From Podarcis pityusensis (taxonomy: Eukaryota), in the NCBI GenBank assembly GCA_964106645.2, contig OZ067046.1: a stretch of DNA of 64,000 bases; one strand, given 5' to 3'. The position numbers and the translations under genes were made by a program. Below are positions 38,179 to 50,960 of this stretch, in pieces; positions within the stretch are counted from its first letter, which is position 1; each line of letters opens with the position of its first letter. Below the pieces are notes generated by a model. It ran no database searches. It was not told the origin of the DNA and saw only the letters and a list, made by a program, of their open reading frames with translations.

Positions 38179-38306
38179 CAGGCATCCCCAACCTACGGCC
38201 CTCCAGATGTTTTGGACTACAATTCCCATCATCCCTGACCACTGGTCCTTTTAGCTAGGGATCATGGGAGTTGTAGGCCAAAACATCTGGAGGGCCACAG
38301 GTTGGG
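38179..38306. mobile_element. Hairpin hAT-type MITE with 8-bp TSD
   Basis: GGCCCTCCAGATGTTTTGG / CCAAAACATCTGGAGGGCC arms; TSD GTCTAGGC at 38171-38178 and 38307-38314. Confidence 0.9.
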
Positions 38307-40319
38307 GTCTAGGCACTTCAGCAGGCACAGTAGAATATATTCATGCTGGATAACTTAGGACAAATTACCCTTTATTTCAAACCAGTTTTTGCAACCGTGG
38401 CTCTTGAGTGCAAGTTCTATACATCTGGCTCAGTTCAACCAGTAATCAGTTCTTCCTGCTTGGTGCTGACAGCATACCTTCAAAGCAGATTGCTTTCAGC
38501 AACCCTCAGCTGACTGGAGCTAAGAGGAAGCCCCATCACCTGCCCATGCGATGTCTTGTATGAAGCACAAGGTCGGCTCCAGACCCACTGAAATCAAAAA
38601 GGCCATATCTAAGCATGACTAAGCCTCTTCTTTAAGCATGACTAAGGCTGGATCCAACTCATCATTTTCAGAGCTTGAGCACCTCCTCACAAAACCTCTT
38701 ACCCAGACTGCAGCCAAAATGTAAGAAACAGCAATATCAAAATCTCATTTTCTTTTCATTATTGGAAAATTTTGTATTTTGTTCCATTCATAGAACTGCA
38801 TTGGTTTAGGGGGTGAGGAGCTTACATTAATATTAGTTGTCCAGGTCTAGTGAAGATATAGTGTAAAAGGGGGGGGGGTAACTTTTTATTTTGTTGCTTG
38901 CTGGTGTACCATCTTCCTCAACTTCCAAGTTTGGTATCTCTCTTTAAGTTCACTTATTTGGGACTGTTCCTAATTGTCCCCTTGAAGCACAGTTTTAATG
39001 CTAGCCTTTAAGATTAATGTAGACTACCGTATGGATTGGAAAGTAATAGTTTTCAGTTAAAATTTGCATGAAACACACCTGGCTTGGCTTAGAAAATGAC
39101 ATTTCTGTCTGCATCATGTTTGCTACTTATCTAAGTAATCAAAGCTTACTGCAGACTGAGCAGAAATATTGATGAGCTGCAAATGAGCCTCCATCAGTCT
39201 AAAGGGCTACCTGGGGAAAGGCATAAAAGAATTGAATTCTCCTCTGCCACCAAGAATATAGATATTACACTTGCAACACTGCAAATGTTTTAGCCAAAGC
39301 CCATTTAAGTGCTAGACACTTGATTTGACCTTTTACCAATCAATGGTCGCCAGATGGCTTTTTATGTTCCCTAGAAACCCTTGGGCTGATGTAAAAAAAC
39401 AGAGAGAGGCCTTGATTTTATGACATATTGCCGAACTGCATTCATAAACGGAATAATTATATATGCAAATAGATACACAATGGAGCTTACTTGCAAATAA
39501 GTAAACAGCAGCATTTTGGGAAATTGTGCACTGTTGCTTTGGATCTGCCTTTATGTTGTGTGAACCACAAAATAGACCACCAACGTTCTGTTTTGCATGA
39601 ATCTTACTTTTTATGAATAACACCCCCACCCTACAGGATTTCCAAAGACATTACATTACACATAGAAAAGAAAAAGACACAAATGATGAATTAATACAGG
39701 AAAAAACAAATATTATCTATTACACCTCATGATTTCCATATTTCTGAGGCAGCTGTTGCTAGATGTTGATTCTTAACAACTCATAGTCCCTTAGAGACAC
39801 AGTCTATTATAGACTGTAAGTATTGCCTGGATAAAACCTTCAAAGGAACAGAATGGTCTTCAATCTGTCATCCATCAAGTGGAAGCATAGGAAGGAACAA
39901 TACCACTTATATATTATTCTTAACAGTGATCAGGAACTTCTACAAAATACAGAGACATGTACTTTCACGATAGGATATTTAGAATAAAACGGTTCTTTTT
40001 TGGATTAGTTTCAAATTCTCTGGCCATATAAATATATCACACAACTCATAATCGTAAAATCATAATAGGCTACACTTGGTTGCTCCTCCAGTAAAAAGCT
40101 TCAGTATGTGACTATTGAAAGCATCTTCTCCCAAAAGACCAACAGCTGATACAGCAGGGATCCTTCTAAAAGCTTGAAGGCAACAACTATAATGGAGGAA
40201 CTGAATGGATCAATCCAGGGTAGCAGCTTGGAATATGTCTTGGTAACTGATGTTAATTGTTTGCAGCAATTCAGAACTCTTTGAATTAAAAGTTGGCTCA
40301 TTTAACCAAGTATCTCCTG

Positions 40320-40937
40320 GTCTTGGACTCCACCCTTGGGTTGAGTGTCCATGACAGATGGGACATGGTTTTCAAACTACTACCCTGGATGAGGCAAAAC
40401 AGCACATTTGATTTGGCTGTTTTGACTTGGATCCCCATTTGTGGAATGCTCTCCCCAGGGAGGCTTGTCTGGTGCCTTCATTATATATTTGCAGGTGCCA
40501 GGTGAAAACGTTCCTCTTCAACTAGGCCTTTGGTGGATTAATACTGTACAGCCTTTTAAATGTATCTGTGGGAAGGGGGTTATTGTTTTGCTGTTTTTGT
40601 TTTAATTGTTTACAGTGGAACCTTGGGTTGCGGATGTAATTCGTGACGGCGGCACGTCCGCAACCCACAGCGTTCGCATCCTGAAGCGCCGTGTCTGCTC
40701 CTGCGCTGGCGCGATTCGGTGTTTCTGCACATGCGCAAAGCATGATTTAGCACTTCTGTGCATGCACAAGCTATGAAACCTGGAAGTAACCCGTTCCGGT
40801 ACTTCCAGGTTTCCTGCGGTCCGCAACCCGAAAACACATAACCTGAAGTGTCCATAACATGAGATATGACTGTACTTGTGTTTTTACCTTGTATTTTATT
40901 TTGTGAACTGCCCTGGGATATTGTGATGAAGGGCACT

Positions 40938-40973
<36 letters not shown>

Positions 40974-40975
40974 TT
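40320..40975 (+). mobile_element. Old L2 3' end with (AAT)n tail, split by a MITE
   Basis: TTGTGGAATGCTCTCCCCAGGGAGG...GGTGAAAACGTTCCTCTT...TGTGAACTGCCCTGGGAT, then (AAT)n at about 40939-40973. Confidence 0.65.
40613..40872. mobile_element. Tc1/mariner (Tigger-like) MITE, CpG-rich
   Basis: TA-CAGTGGAACCT ... ATGACTG-TA, with internal inverted GGGTTGCGGA / TCCGCAACCC. Confidence 0.85.
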
Positions 40976-43419
40976 TAAAAGACTTATTTCTGACTCTGAC
41001 ATATTTGTGGGATAATGCTTGCTACAGTAGAAGGTTGTTATTAGGGTCAAACATGGCAGGGACCACATTATAATAGTGTGTGAAAGTTTAATTACATTTA
41101 CTAAGAGTTTTTTCCAGCTATAACATTCACTTGTCAAGAGATGTTCCTGGGTCAATAGAAGTGAGTTCAACCAATCAATAGAATTTTGCCCAATGTAATT
41201 CAAAAACTCTATAAATTTATCAGATTAAAACACTGGCATGCAGAGTTTTGAGACTGAGAAAAAGCAAGGTATATCCTTATTGGTTTTTGTTTTTCCCCCA
41301 ACTAGCATTGTGTATGTACTGTTATGGTTTGCATCTTACACTCACTCAGGGAGTAAGTGCCTTTGAACAGATGGGACTTACCTCTGAGGATTAAGGTGCT
41401 ACTTGATTAAAGTCAATCATAATAGGTGGTTTTAATGTGGCTAGATCCCATGCTACTTCAGCAAGACTTGTATGGAAAAAACCACATGTCTGTGTCAAAT
41501 GACATTGCTCCTCCCCATGCTGGCATCATCAGGTGCCCAAGGAAAGAACAACTTAAATAATATAATATGTAAAACATTGTAAGCCATTTAAAATGTAAAA
41601 TGGCAAATATTCTATAACGGTAAAGGAGATAATGCCCCATACGTGATTTGGAAATTGCACAATATTTCCATGGAATGATGTCCATCTTCAAGTTCTTTAT
41701 TCTGTAATTTTGTCCACAGGGACGTCAAGCACCTGACATAATGGAAGGGGGACCAACTCTTTATAATCTGAATGAATAGAATTGATAAAAACTACACTTG
41801 TAAATCACAATTGCATTGAGGTCCTGCTTGTAGGCCTCCCATGTGCATCTGGTGACCACTGTGCGAAGAGAATGCAGGACTAGATGTGCCTGATCCAACA
41901 GGGCTCTTTTTATGTTCTTATATAAAAATTACAATATTAGGTTTAATACATGTCTTTAACTAAACAGGTGTTGAATATCACCTTTCCACTTTTGTAGGAG
42001 CATCCATCACTGGTGAAAATGGAGAGGTATACAGGAGGGGGGGGGTAAAATTTTTTGGGGGAGGAGGTAAAATTCTAAGACCTTTCAGGAAGCTGCCTTA
42101 CCTTAAAAGGAGGTGCTCAATGGCTTTCAAAATGGCATTTTCCTTCTTTTACAAGGGGGGGGGGGACCTTTGGCCATTGCTTCAAGCAGCAGATTAGCTG
42201 CTCTGAGTCACCTTGCACATTCCTGGGGACAGAATGTCCATGGGGATGGCTCTATTTTATGACCACATAGCATCATCTCAGGGGCATTCTGAAGGGGGGG
42301 GATGGCTGCCCCCAGGGGTCATCAGCCCAGTACCATTTCAAACAATATATAGTTATTCCCTATTGAATGCTGCAAAACTTTCATTGCTGGGATGGAATTA
42401 CAGTACCCATATTTCCCCCCCCCCCCATAGACAGATAAGTCAGTTTGTTTACTGTCAGACTAGATATATTTCAGGAAATTTGGCGTGGATAATGAAAATG
42501 GACAGGTGGGAAAGGCTGCTAATGTGTTTCAACTGAGTGCCAGTTTTGTTCCGTTCCATTTTGATGCAGCTCATTTTAGCAGGTTACAGAACATACACTT
42601 CACACACATACACCCTCTTTAGAAAAAGGTTAGTTTTGATACGATCTGTCATCTTACATTCAGAAAGTCTGGCAGGGAATTCTCTATTGCAGGTGGCGTT
42701 CAATTTTACTGACATTTAGGAGTTCCATTAAAATGTTGTCTTCTTCCTCAGCAAGAAATCAAGGAGCACAAAGCAACCTCACAGTATAATCAACCCCCAA
42801 ATAATTTCTTCCTCTGGATTTGCTCAATTAGATGGTGTAGAGAGAACATCCTGAGCCCTACATGCTAGAAACTTTAAAAGGAGTTAAGCATGAACTGGAC
42901 CTATGGCACACATTTATTAAGCTTTTCCCCCTCCACTCCAAGACTGAAGGGTTGTTCTCACACAAATAGTAAATTAGTAGAAAAACCTGTGCCTGAACCA
43001 AACTACTTCCAACTGTAACTGAACAGGTCACATGACTTCGTACTAAAAAAAGAAATATAAAGACATGCACTGAAGACAGAAAATTAGAAAAGGGTTTTAT
43101 CCCAGCCTTCTGTCTGATGTGCTTATGTGTACAACTGTGTAGGGCAAACCCCGTCCCTGAATCATTGTGGGTGGCAATACCTGGCCCCAATAGTAATTTC
43201 ATACCAATGACTTGCTATATCACCCCCTGATGGTTAAAATGTTCATGGTGATCTTGAGATGGGTAATTAAATCAGGTCACTTCCAAAGGAGAACGTGTAG
43301 TAATATGTGACTTCAATCACTCTCTCATAGGAAGTATGTATTCTGCGCATTGTAGAAAAGTACAACTGTGTAGAAGTCCCAAACAGCTGTGCCTTGAATG
43401 CTTGGTCATGGATAGCAAT

Positions 43420-43600
43420 ATAAAAGAAAAGTATACGGAAGGACAAGTCTTGCTGAAGAAGGATCTGCATGGCTTCTGCAAAGGTAAATCCTGCTTTATT
43501 AAAATTTTTAGAGTTCTTTGAGTGTGCTAACATGTATGTGGCTTGGGGTGATCCTGCAGACATTCTGTGCTGGACTTTCAAAAAGCTTGAGAAAGTGCCT
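43420..43600 (+). mobile_element. Old CR1 RT fragment
   Basis: HGFCKGKSC...EFFE...LDFQKA motifs across frameshifts. Confidence 0.7.
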
Positions 43601-43874
43601 CCCTAAAAGCAGTCTTAGATGAATGATCATGTGGACCTATTTTAATCTGGAATCCTGCTTGGTTTTGGAAAGGATACAGCCTTGGTGTCTCTCATGACAT
43701 ACTCTGGGAAATATATATTGGAAACACAACTCTGTTTGTTCTCCTGGAAATCTCAGGGGCTTTCAGTACCATTGAACATAGTATCTTTCTGGCCTGAACA
43801 AGTAGGGATTGTACTGCATGGATCCCAAACATTTGAATCGGCTCCAGGAGTTACTTTTGCATGTTTGTAAACTA

Positions 43875-44033
43875 CTGTATTCACTCGAATCAAACGCTTA
43901 CCTTTTTCGTCCAAATTGCGTTATGAAAATTAAGGTGTGCATTAGATTTGATGGCACATTTACATTCTCCATTTTTTGGTTTCAAGGTTCTGAAAATTGA
44001 GGTGCGCATTAGATCCGATGGCAGTAAATATGG
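43875..44033. mobile_element. Tc1/mariner-pogo type MITE
   Basis: TA-CtGTATTcACT ... AGTAAATAtGG-TA; internal repeat GAAAATTrAGGTGyGCATTAGATyyGATGGCA. Confidence 0.7.
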
Positions 44034-45172
44034 TATTTTTGCTCTCATAGCAAAAGCCTTATCTACCTTATAGTGTGTTACAAAGGATGAAATACCCACT
44101 TTTGTAAAATTAATATTTCTTTTTAGTACAGGAGAATTAATAGAATTGTTCAGTGGCAACTGGAGTTGTATATAATTCAGTGCCACTTTTTTCTAAATTC
44201 TCTTCCTGTTGCAAGTAAGAAAGACTACAGTTCACAAATAAACTTTGTATAATAAAACCATTTTTCAACTGTTCATCTTTTATTAAAGCTTATCTGTGGC
44301 ATTCCAGTTTGCTATACAATTCCAAGAATATCGTAGTGTCTGCTGCAAAAGAGATAAAGCCTGATTGCTTGAGAAGATGAATGGAGATATTTAGTAGTTA
44401 CATATTTTAAGCATCTAAATTCCACTTCTATTTCACTCAGATAATGTGATCAGTGGCTGGGAGGCAACAGGCACGTGCGAGGAGAAGACACATGTGAGCC
44501 CTTGGAAAAATAGATAATGTTGACCAATGCAGTGTGGAAAAGATAAGCTTATATAAGACCTAACTTGGCATTTTGAGAATTTATTTATTTATTATTTATT
44601 TTTCGAAAAGACCTATGGGCAGCATGAAACCTGAAAACTATTATCATATGCTGTTCCAAGAAAATAAATCTACTCAACTTCTTTTATTTATTTGTTGTGT
44701 GGGGAAAGTGGATAGGGAACTGTTTTGCTCTCTTCTCTTATAGTACTAGGGACCCAGGGACTGAAACTGATGGTTAGCTCTTCCTCACACACTCTTGTTA
44801 ATTAACAAATCCCATAGCAGAAGCCTGGACAAAATGTTTTGCCTCAGCCTTAGCAGTGGCAGCACTACCAGTCTATGCCTTACTATGAGGAAAGCGGTCC
44901 TTCTGCAGAGCAAGGCACTCTGGTGAAGTGGCCCGGGAGAGTGCCTCTGCCACTGCTTTGCTGCAGCAGCTAGAAATTCTGCTTGAAATTCGTTAAATAT
45001 TTACAGCCACCTTGCCTAGAATGCTTCACCCCTTGTCCAGATCAAGCACTTCAGGATGGGACATGCACACCAGAGAGCCCCACAGGAGCCTTGTCTCCAG
45101 GGCAGGTAGCAGCAGCATCGAGGTTGGGCAGGTGGAAAGACACCACCGTGTGTCAGCATGCCCCCAAACTGC

Positions 45173-45946
45173 ATATATAAATATGCGGATGATACGTGGC
45201 TCTACCCCTCTTTTAAATCAGAACCAGTGAAGGTGGTGAAGGTCCTATGTGAGTGTTTGGAGGCAGTTGGAGGATGGATGGCAGGTAACGGATTGAGGTT
45301 GAATCCTGACAAGACAGAAGTACTGTTCTTGGGGGACAGGGGGCGGGCTGGTGTGGAGGACTCACTGGTCCTGAACTGTGCCCCTGAAGGACCAGGTGCG
45401 CAGCCTGGGAATCATTTTGGACTCACAGCTGTCCATGGAGGCACAGGTTAATTCTGTGTCCAGGGCAGCTGTCTACCAGCTCCATCTGGTACGCAGGCTG
45501 AGACTATCTGCCAGCAGACTGTCTGGCCAGAGTGGTGCATGCTCTAGTTATCTCCCACTTGGACAATGCGCTCTATGTGGGGCTACCTTTGAAGGTGACT
45601 CGGAAACTGCAATTAATCCAGAATGCGGCAGCTAGATTGGTGACTGGGAATGGCCGCCGAGATCATATAACACCAGTCCTGAAAGATCTTCATTGGCTCC
45701 CAGTACGTTTCTGAGCACAATTCAAAGTGTTGGTGCTGACCTTTAAAGCCCTAAATGGCCTCGGTCCTGTATACCTGAAGGAGCGTCTCCACTCCCATCA
45801 TTCTACCATTCACTGAGGTCCAGCGCTGAGTGCCTTCTGGCAGTTCCCTCACTGCGAGAAGTGAGGTTACAGAGAACCAGGCAGAGTGCCTTCTCAGTAG
45901 TGGCACCTGCCCTATGGAATGCCCTCCCAGCAGATGTCAAGGCAAT
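45173..45946 (+). mobile_element. L2 LINE ORF2 3' part (frameshifted)
   Basis: YADDTWLY, WMAGNGLRLNPDKTEVL, LQLIQNAAARLV and HITPVLKDLHWLPV. Confidence 0.92.
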
Positions 45947-47698
45947 GACATCAAAAAAACAGTGGTGGCAGGGGCTGCAGGAGGATAATGTCTCCTCAGT
46001 GCTCAGGAGTACATATGTACATAAGTAAAAGACCTCATAAAAATCAGACATAAAGGTTTTCCTTTTCCTTTTGCTGTGGTTCAATCAATGGGTGCTATAC
46101 CCACCAGTAACATAGTGGTAGGGCAAAGATACAAAAGCATCAAACTGGGCATGCTTCAATTCTGGAATTAATTATCCTGGTTAAACTGAAATTCAGACAT
46201 GTAGTTCAGAACAAAGCTGCATAAAAAGGAAGAAACAGAATGGGGAAAATCCTCTCAACGCTACCTAAGCAGACAGTGAACAGTTCCCAATCCCTACCCC
46301 CACCCTCAAGACAAATCAATCCCATTTTCAAATGCTTTGGTTCTTTAGGCAAAGTTCATAAACTTACAAGGGGAAGTATAAGTGTCCCCTAGTTATGTCT
46401 GTAGGCAGTAGGCTTCCTTCTCACCCATACTTATTTATGATCCCTGACTCCAACTTTTATTACACCCTGGGGAAGATTAGTAGTTAGTTGGAAATATCAC
46501 TGGAACTCAGTGCCCTCCATTCATCTCCTTCTTTCTCTATATCGCCAGGATCAGGTCATAAATGGCAAAATTTACAAGAAGAACTAAATGGCTACAGCAC
46601 CATTGAACCGTACCTTCCTTCCGTCTGGAAAGGTCCTGCTCCCAATACCCATTCATCTTGGCATGACTACAATTAATGCTAAGCTCCAAATTGGATTAGC
46701 CATGCAAGACAGCTCCGTAAGCAAGTTAATGGGATCTATCTGCTAATGGTGCTGTTACTGATATCCAATTACTGTAACCAGGTATTAATCTAATACTGTT
46801 AATCTGCCAGATTAAGAAATTTAGAATGCATTGTTGTAACACTTTAACAAAATAAAAAAGTAATTATTTTTCCATGTCTTGGAGTAGCTCACTTTATTAC
46901 CCAAATGTTTCATTTAAAGTGACACAGACATTGATCTTTAAAGAAAGCATAATTAACGAAGGGTCTGTGAATTACATTACCTGACCTGGATTTTTTACAT
47001 TCCTCTCTCTCTATATATAAATAGCCTAAGTAAAATGAATAGAATAGCGTGCCAGACACTTTTCTCAGGGTGCATACTAAGATGTTTTTGACAACCCTAT
47101 TTATGACAATTCTTTTAGGAAATTATTCATAACATTAGTAGATGATTTCACAAGAATTTAAAATGAAATGAAGGGAAAGAAAAAATCATAAAACATCTCA
47201 TTCTGAGCCATTTACTACCCACATTTTAAATGCAGTAATTTGAATTAGGAATTGCAGAAAGTGAGTACCAAGAAAGAAACTCATACATGAGCACTGATTA
47301 TAAATTATCTGAACAAGATTGTGGTATTTAGTGTTCTAAAAAGTGCAGAAAAAAGAGACCCACCCTCAAAACACTTTCTGACATGCCCCAGAAGCTTAAA
47401 CGCATTGAAGACTTTCAGTATCAGAAGGTAACAAAAAATACATTATGTATTTATTCACGTTATTTATGAAATTTCAAAAGATTGGCTTGTAAATAACATG
47501 CAATTTTAGGCATTCAAAAGCTAACTAAAAACTGGGGGCGGAGTATAATTAGAATCTGATTCCTAACTCCTCAGGAGTGATTAAGCGGCAGCAATGTCAA
47601 GATGCTTAATTATATATTTATATTTAGCTATTATGTTTTTTTTTAATTTATAAAGAATATATGAAGTGCACAAGGATTAAAATCAAATGTTACATTTT

Positions 47699-48337
47699 TT
47701 TATAAGATATTTATTAAGATTTTCAGAATATTACAAGATAAAGAAAGAAAAAAGAAAAATGCAAAATAAAAATGGTTAAAAACAATTCATTCTTTCCATT
47801 ACTTATCCTTCATTTGCTTATTTCCCAGACCTCCTCACGCCTCCCTTTTTTGTATTCCAGTTCAGTTTGTTAGTTCAGCAAATCCCTCCCCTCTTTGTAT
47901 ATCCTAGTCGTTAATCATAAAGTATTGTAATTTTAAATTTTTACCTATTAATAATCCATTTTCCCTTATAACATTTCAGCTAAAGACCACTTAGTTTCTA
48001 TCCAACATCATTCTAGCATTCATTAATTTTGCAATATTTCTGTAAATAGTCTTTAAACTTTTCCCAGTCTTCTTCCATCGACTCTTCTCCCTGGTCTCGG
48101 ATTCTGCCAGTCATTTCTGCCAGTTCCATATAGTCCATCACCTTCATCTGCCATTCTTCCAAGGTGGGTAGATCTTGTGTCTTCCAGTACTTTGCAATGA
48201 GTATTCTTGCTGCTGTTGTGGCATACATAAAAAAAGTTCTATCCTTCTTTGGCACCAATTGGCCGACTATGCCTAGGAGAAAGGCCTCTGGTTTCTTCAA
48301 GAAGGTATATTTAAATACCTTTTTCAATTCATTATAG
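47699..48337 (-). mobile_element. L1-clade LINE 3' end (ORF2 C-terminus, 3' UTR, polyA, TSD)
   Basis: IYNELKK...AARILIAKYWK...PTLEEW...WEKFKDYL, stop at 48013; AATAAA at 47710-47715 and a short A tail. TSD atgttacatttt/atgttaaatttt (47687-47698, 48338-48349). Confidence 0.88.
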
Positions 48338-48529
48338 ATGTTAAATTTTAAACAGTGTGTGGCTTTAGGGGCAGGATGCAGACTATGTTCTATTATTTCA
48401 GAATTAATCATAATAACCAATAAAATATGCTTGGTCCAAAAGTTTAATTTTGACTTGAAGAAGAACCATCTTTTTGTAAATGGAATCCCCCCTCCCATTC
48501 ATTAAACAAAAAGTTATTGTCACCATCAT

Positions 48530-48990
48530 GTGGTGCAGTGACTAAAGTATCAGACTGGGATCGGTGAGCCCCAATTTTAGATCCCTGCTTCAACTCTCAG
48601 ACTCTCCATATGACTTTGAGCCAGTCACTACCTGCCATCCTAACCTACCTCACTAGGGCTAGGCCATTGCAAGGAGAGCCAGTGTGGTGTAGTGGTTAAG
48701 AGCGGTAGATTTGTAATCTGGGGAACAGGGTTCGCGTCTCCACTCCTCCACATGCAGCTGCTGGGTGACCTTGGGCCAGTCACACTTCTCTGAAGTCTCT
48801 CAGCCCCATTCACCTCACAGAGTGTTTGTTGTGGGGGAGGAAGGGAAAGGAGAATGTTAGCCACTTTGAGACTCCTTCGGGTTGTGATAAAACGGAATAT
48901 CAAATCCATAAAGGCGAGAGGAAAGGTAACCATGTATGCCACCTTGGGGTCTGAGGCGAAAAGGCAGGTTTAATTAAATAAATAAATAAG
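48530..48990 (+). mobile_element. Old CORE/MIR-like SINE containing a younger related SINE
   Basis: GTGGTGCAGTGACTAAAG...TGACTTTGAGCCAGTCAC...CTAACCTACCTCAC; the tail resumes after 48908 and ends in (AAAT)n. Confidence 0.55.
48673..48908 (+). mobile_element. tRNA-derived CORE-type SINE (Squam2/Anolis-SINE2-like)
   Basis: GGAGAGCCAGTGTGGTGTAGTGGTTAAGAGCG head, GGGTTCG B-box-like motif, GGGTGACCTTGGGCCAGTCAC core. Confidence 0.8.
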
Positions 48991-49119
48991 TAGTTGTGGT
49001 GGCAGCTATTGATTACACATTGTGCCAAATGTTCAAAGGTAAAGAATTCCCCAGATGATATACCACATTTCAAGGTTTTGTATTCATAAAATGTATTAAT
49101 TTTATGCACACTACCCCCT

Positions 49120-49151
<32 letters not shown>
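49120..49151. repeat. (GATA)n microsatellite
   Basis: Direct reading. Confidence 0.95.
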
Positions 49152-50555
49152 TATTTCTAAATATTGATTGGAGAATTGCATTGCAGCATTCAGATAAGCC
49201 CCAGTTTCAAAGGATGGCTGTGTTTCAGTTCTGAAATTGATTCCAAAAGTGTGAATTTGATCATTCTGCCATTAAGTTAGATCCTAATTCATTCCCCCCC
49301 CCCCCCCGTTAGGATTGCTCTCTAAAAGTGCAATCCCAGTCATGTCTACTTAGTCCAATAGGGCTTACTCCTGAGTAAGAGGGGTTAGGATTTAATTTAA
49401 ATTAATAAAGTTATATTATTGTTTCATGTGGTTTTTTTAATGTAAACTGCTTTGGGAAGATCTTTGACGCTGAAAAGCAGTGCAACAGTCACTATAAAAA
49501 TAAAATACCATAATTTTTAAACTGCAAGGACAGCACTCATTTTAAAAGTGGGGAGGGATGCTATGAAATAGATCTGAATATGAATCACATTCCACTGAAC
49601 AGTTTCCTTTTGGGGGGTGGGGAATGGAAACCACTTTTTCAAATCAATAAATCAGTATTTTGTAATTCTAGAGAAACTGAAATGTAGTAAGTATATAGCT
49701 TTCTGAGATGTTGAAAAGCAGATCAATGCTTACTTCTGTGAAAGATAGCAATGAAATCATAATTTCAGTGTCCACAAAACAGAGCAAAAGCTCTAAAGAG
49801 AAAATATGTGCTCCTTAGAGAAAAATGACAATGGTAATAGCCATCTTATGCTTCTACTACCTAAACAATAACTTTACAATGGATTTGGTCAAAGGCCAAC
49901 AGTTTAGTCTCAGAAATGTTCCTGAATGAATGGTTATGGATATTTAATGCAGTGTAACCATGATGAGTTGCTCCCTATGCTGGCAGAAAGACTGTACAAG
50001 ATTTTCCATATTGTGTAGCTCCCTGGGCAATTAGATGGTCCCAAAAGATCAGGGGTTGTTTTTTTTTTAAAAAAGGAAGAAAGATCAGCTGTGTACCACA
50101 TCAATATTTCCAGTTGAACTATTGTTTGCGGTGATCTAAGTTTCCCCAATGGAGGGGGGATGGGGGGGAATTATCTATGATAATATACAGTAAATTAAGT
50201 TCAACATATACTATATACATCAGAAAAATACAAAATTCATAACCAGGATCTGGGATATGTAAAACATCTAGTTATGAAAATTCATTTACTATTTGCATTC
50301 CAGTTCATTCATTTACTATTCATTTACAGCTTTTGAGTATCCAAACATTTAGGAAATTAATTGGCATGCACGTTAATGAATTTACGTTGCAAGCAATTAT
50401 TATTATCAGTGATTTACTGCTTAGATGGTGTTTGGGCAAGTAAGCAGTTTATAATTTAAATAGCAACAGCAATAATAATTTACCACAACTACTACTTCTA
50501 CACAATATCAATGTACATTGTTTCTTAGGACAATAGCTCAGAGCTAGAGTATACA

Positions 50556-50777
50556 CAGGCAACCCCCGCCCCCATTTATGCATATGCAATATGTGTGCGA
50601 TTGTGCACATGTGCTTCGTGCCCAACCCAAAAAGTCACAGAAAGGAGCGGAGTGAATTAGGGCAGGGGATGGGACAAGGTGTTTGCAGGCTTTTCCAATG
50701 ATGTTTTTAATTCACGACATTTCATTGACGCGTGTGGTGCCTCGGAACCTAACACTGTGTATATGGGATCTTGCCTG
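50556..50777. mobile_element. Tc1/mariner-type MITE
   Basis: CAGGCAA...TTGCCTG-TA ends. Confidence 0.65.
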
Positions 50778-50900
50778 TAACTTTACATACAGAAGGTCCC
50801 AGATAAAATCTCCAGCTTCTCAGGTTAAAAGTTCAACTAGTAAGTAATGGGGAGACGACTCTGTCTGAGCCTGGGAAGTTACTGCCATTCAGTTCATGAC

Positions 50901-50947
<47 letters not shown>

Positions 50948-50960
50948 TTATTAATAATAA
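50901..50960. repeat. (AAT)n microsatellite
   Basis: Direct reading. Confidence 0.95.

Noticed and set aside
40610-41203. 197-aa ORF with poly-Leu, and the CpG-rich patch as a promoter
   Set aside because: Poly-Leu comes from the (AAT)n tail and the CpGs lie wholly within a TA-flanked MITE. The same applies to the poly-Leu/Ile ORFs at 17945-18257.
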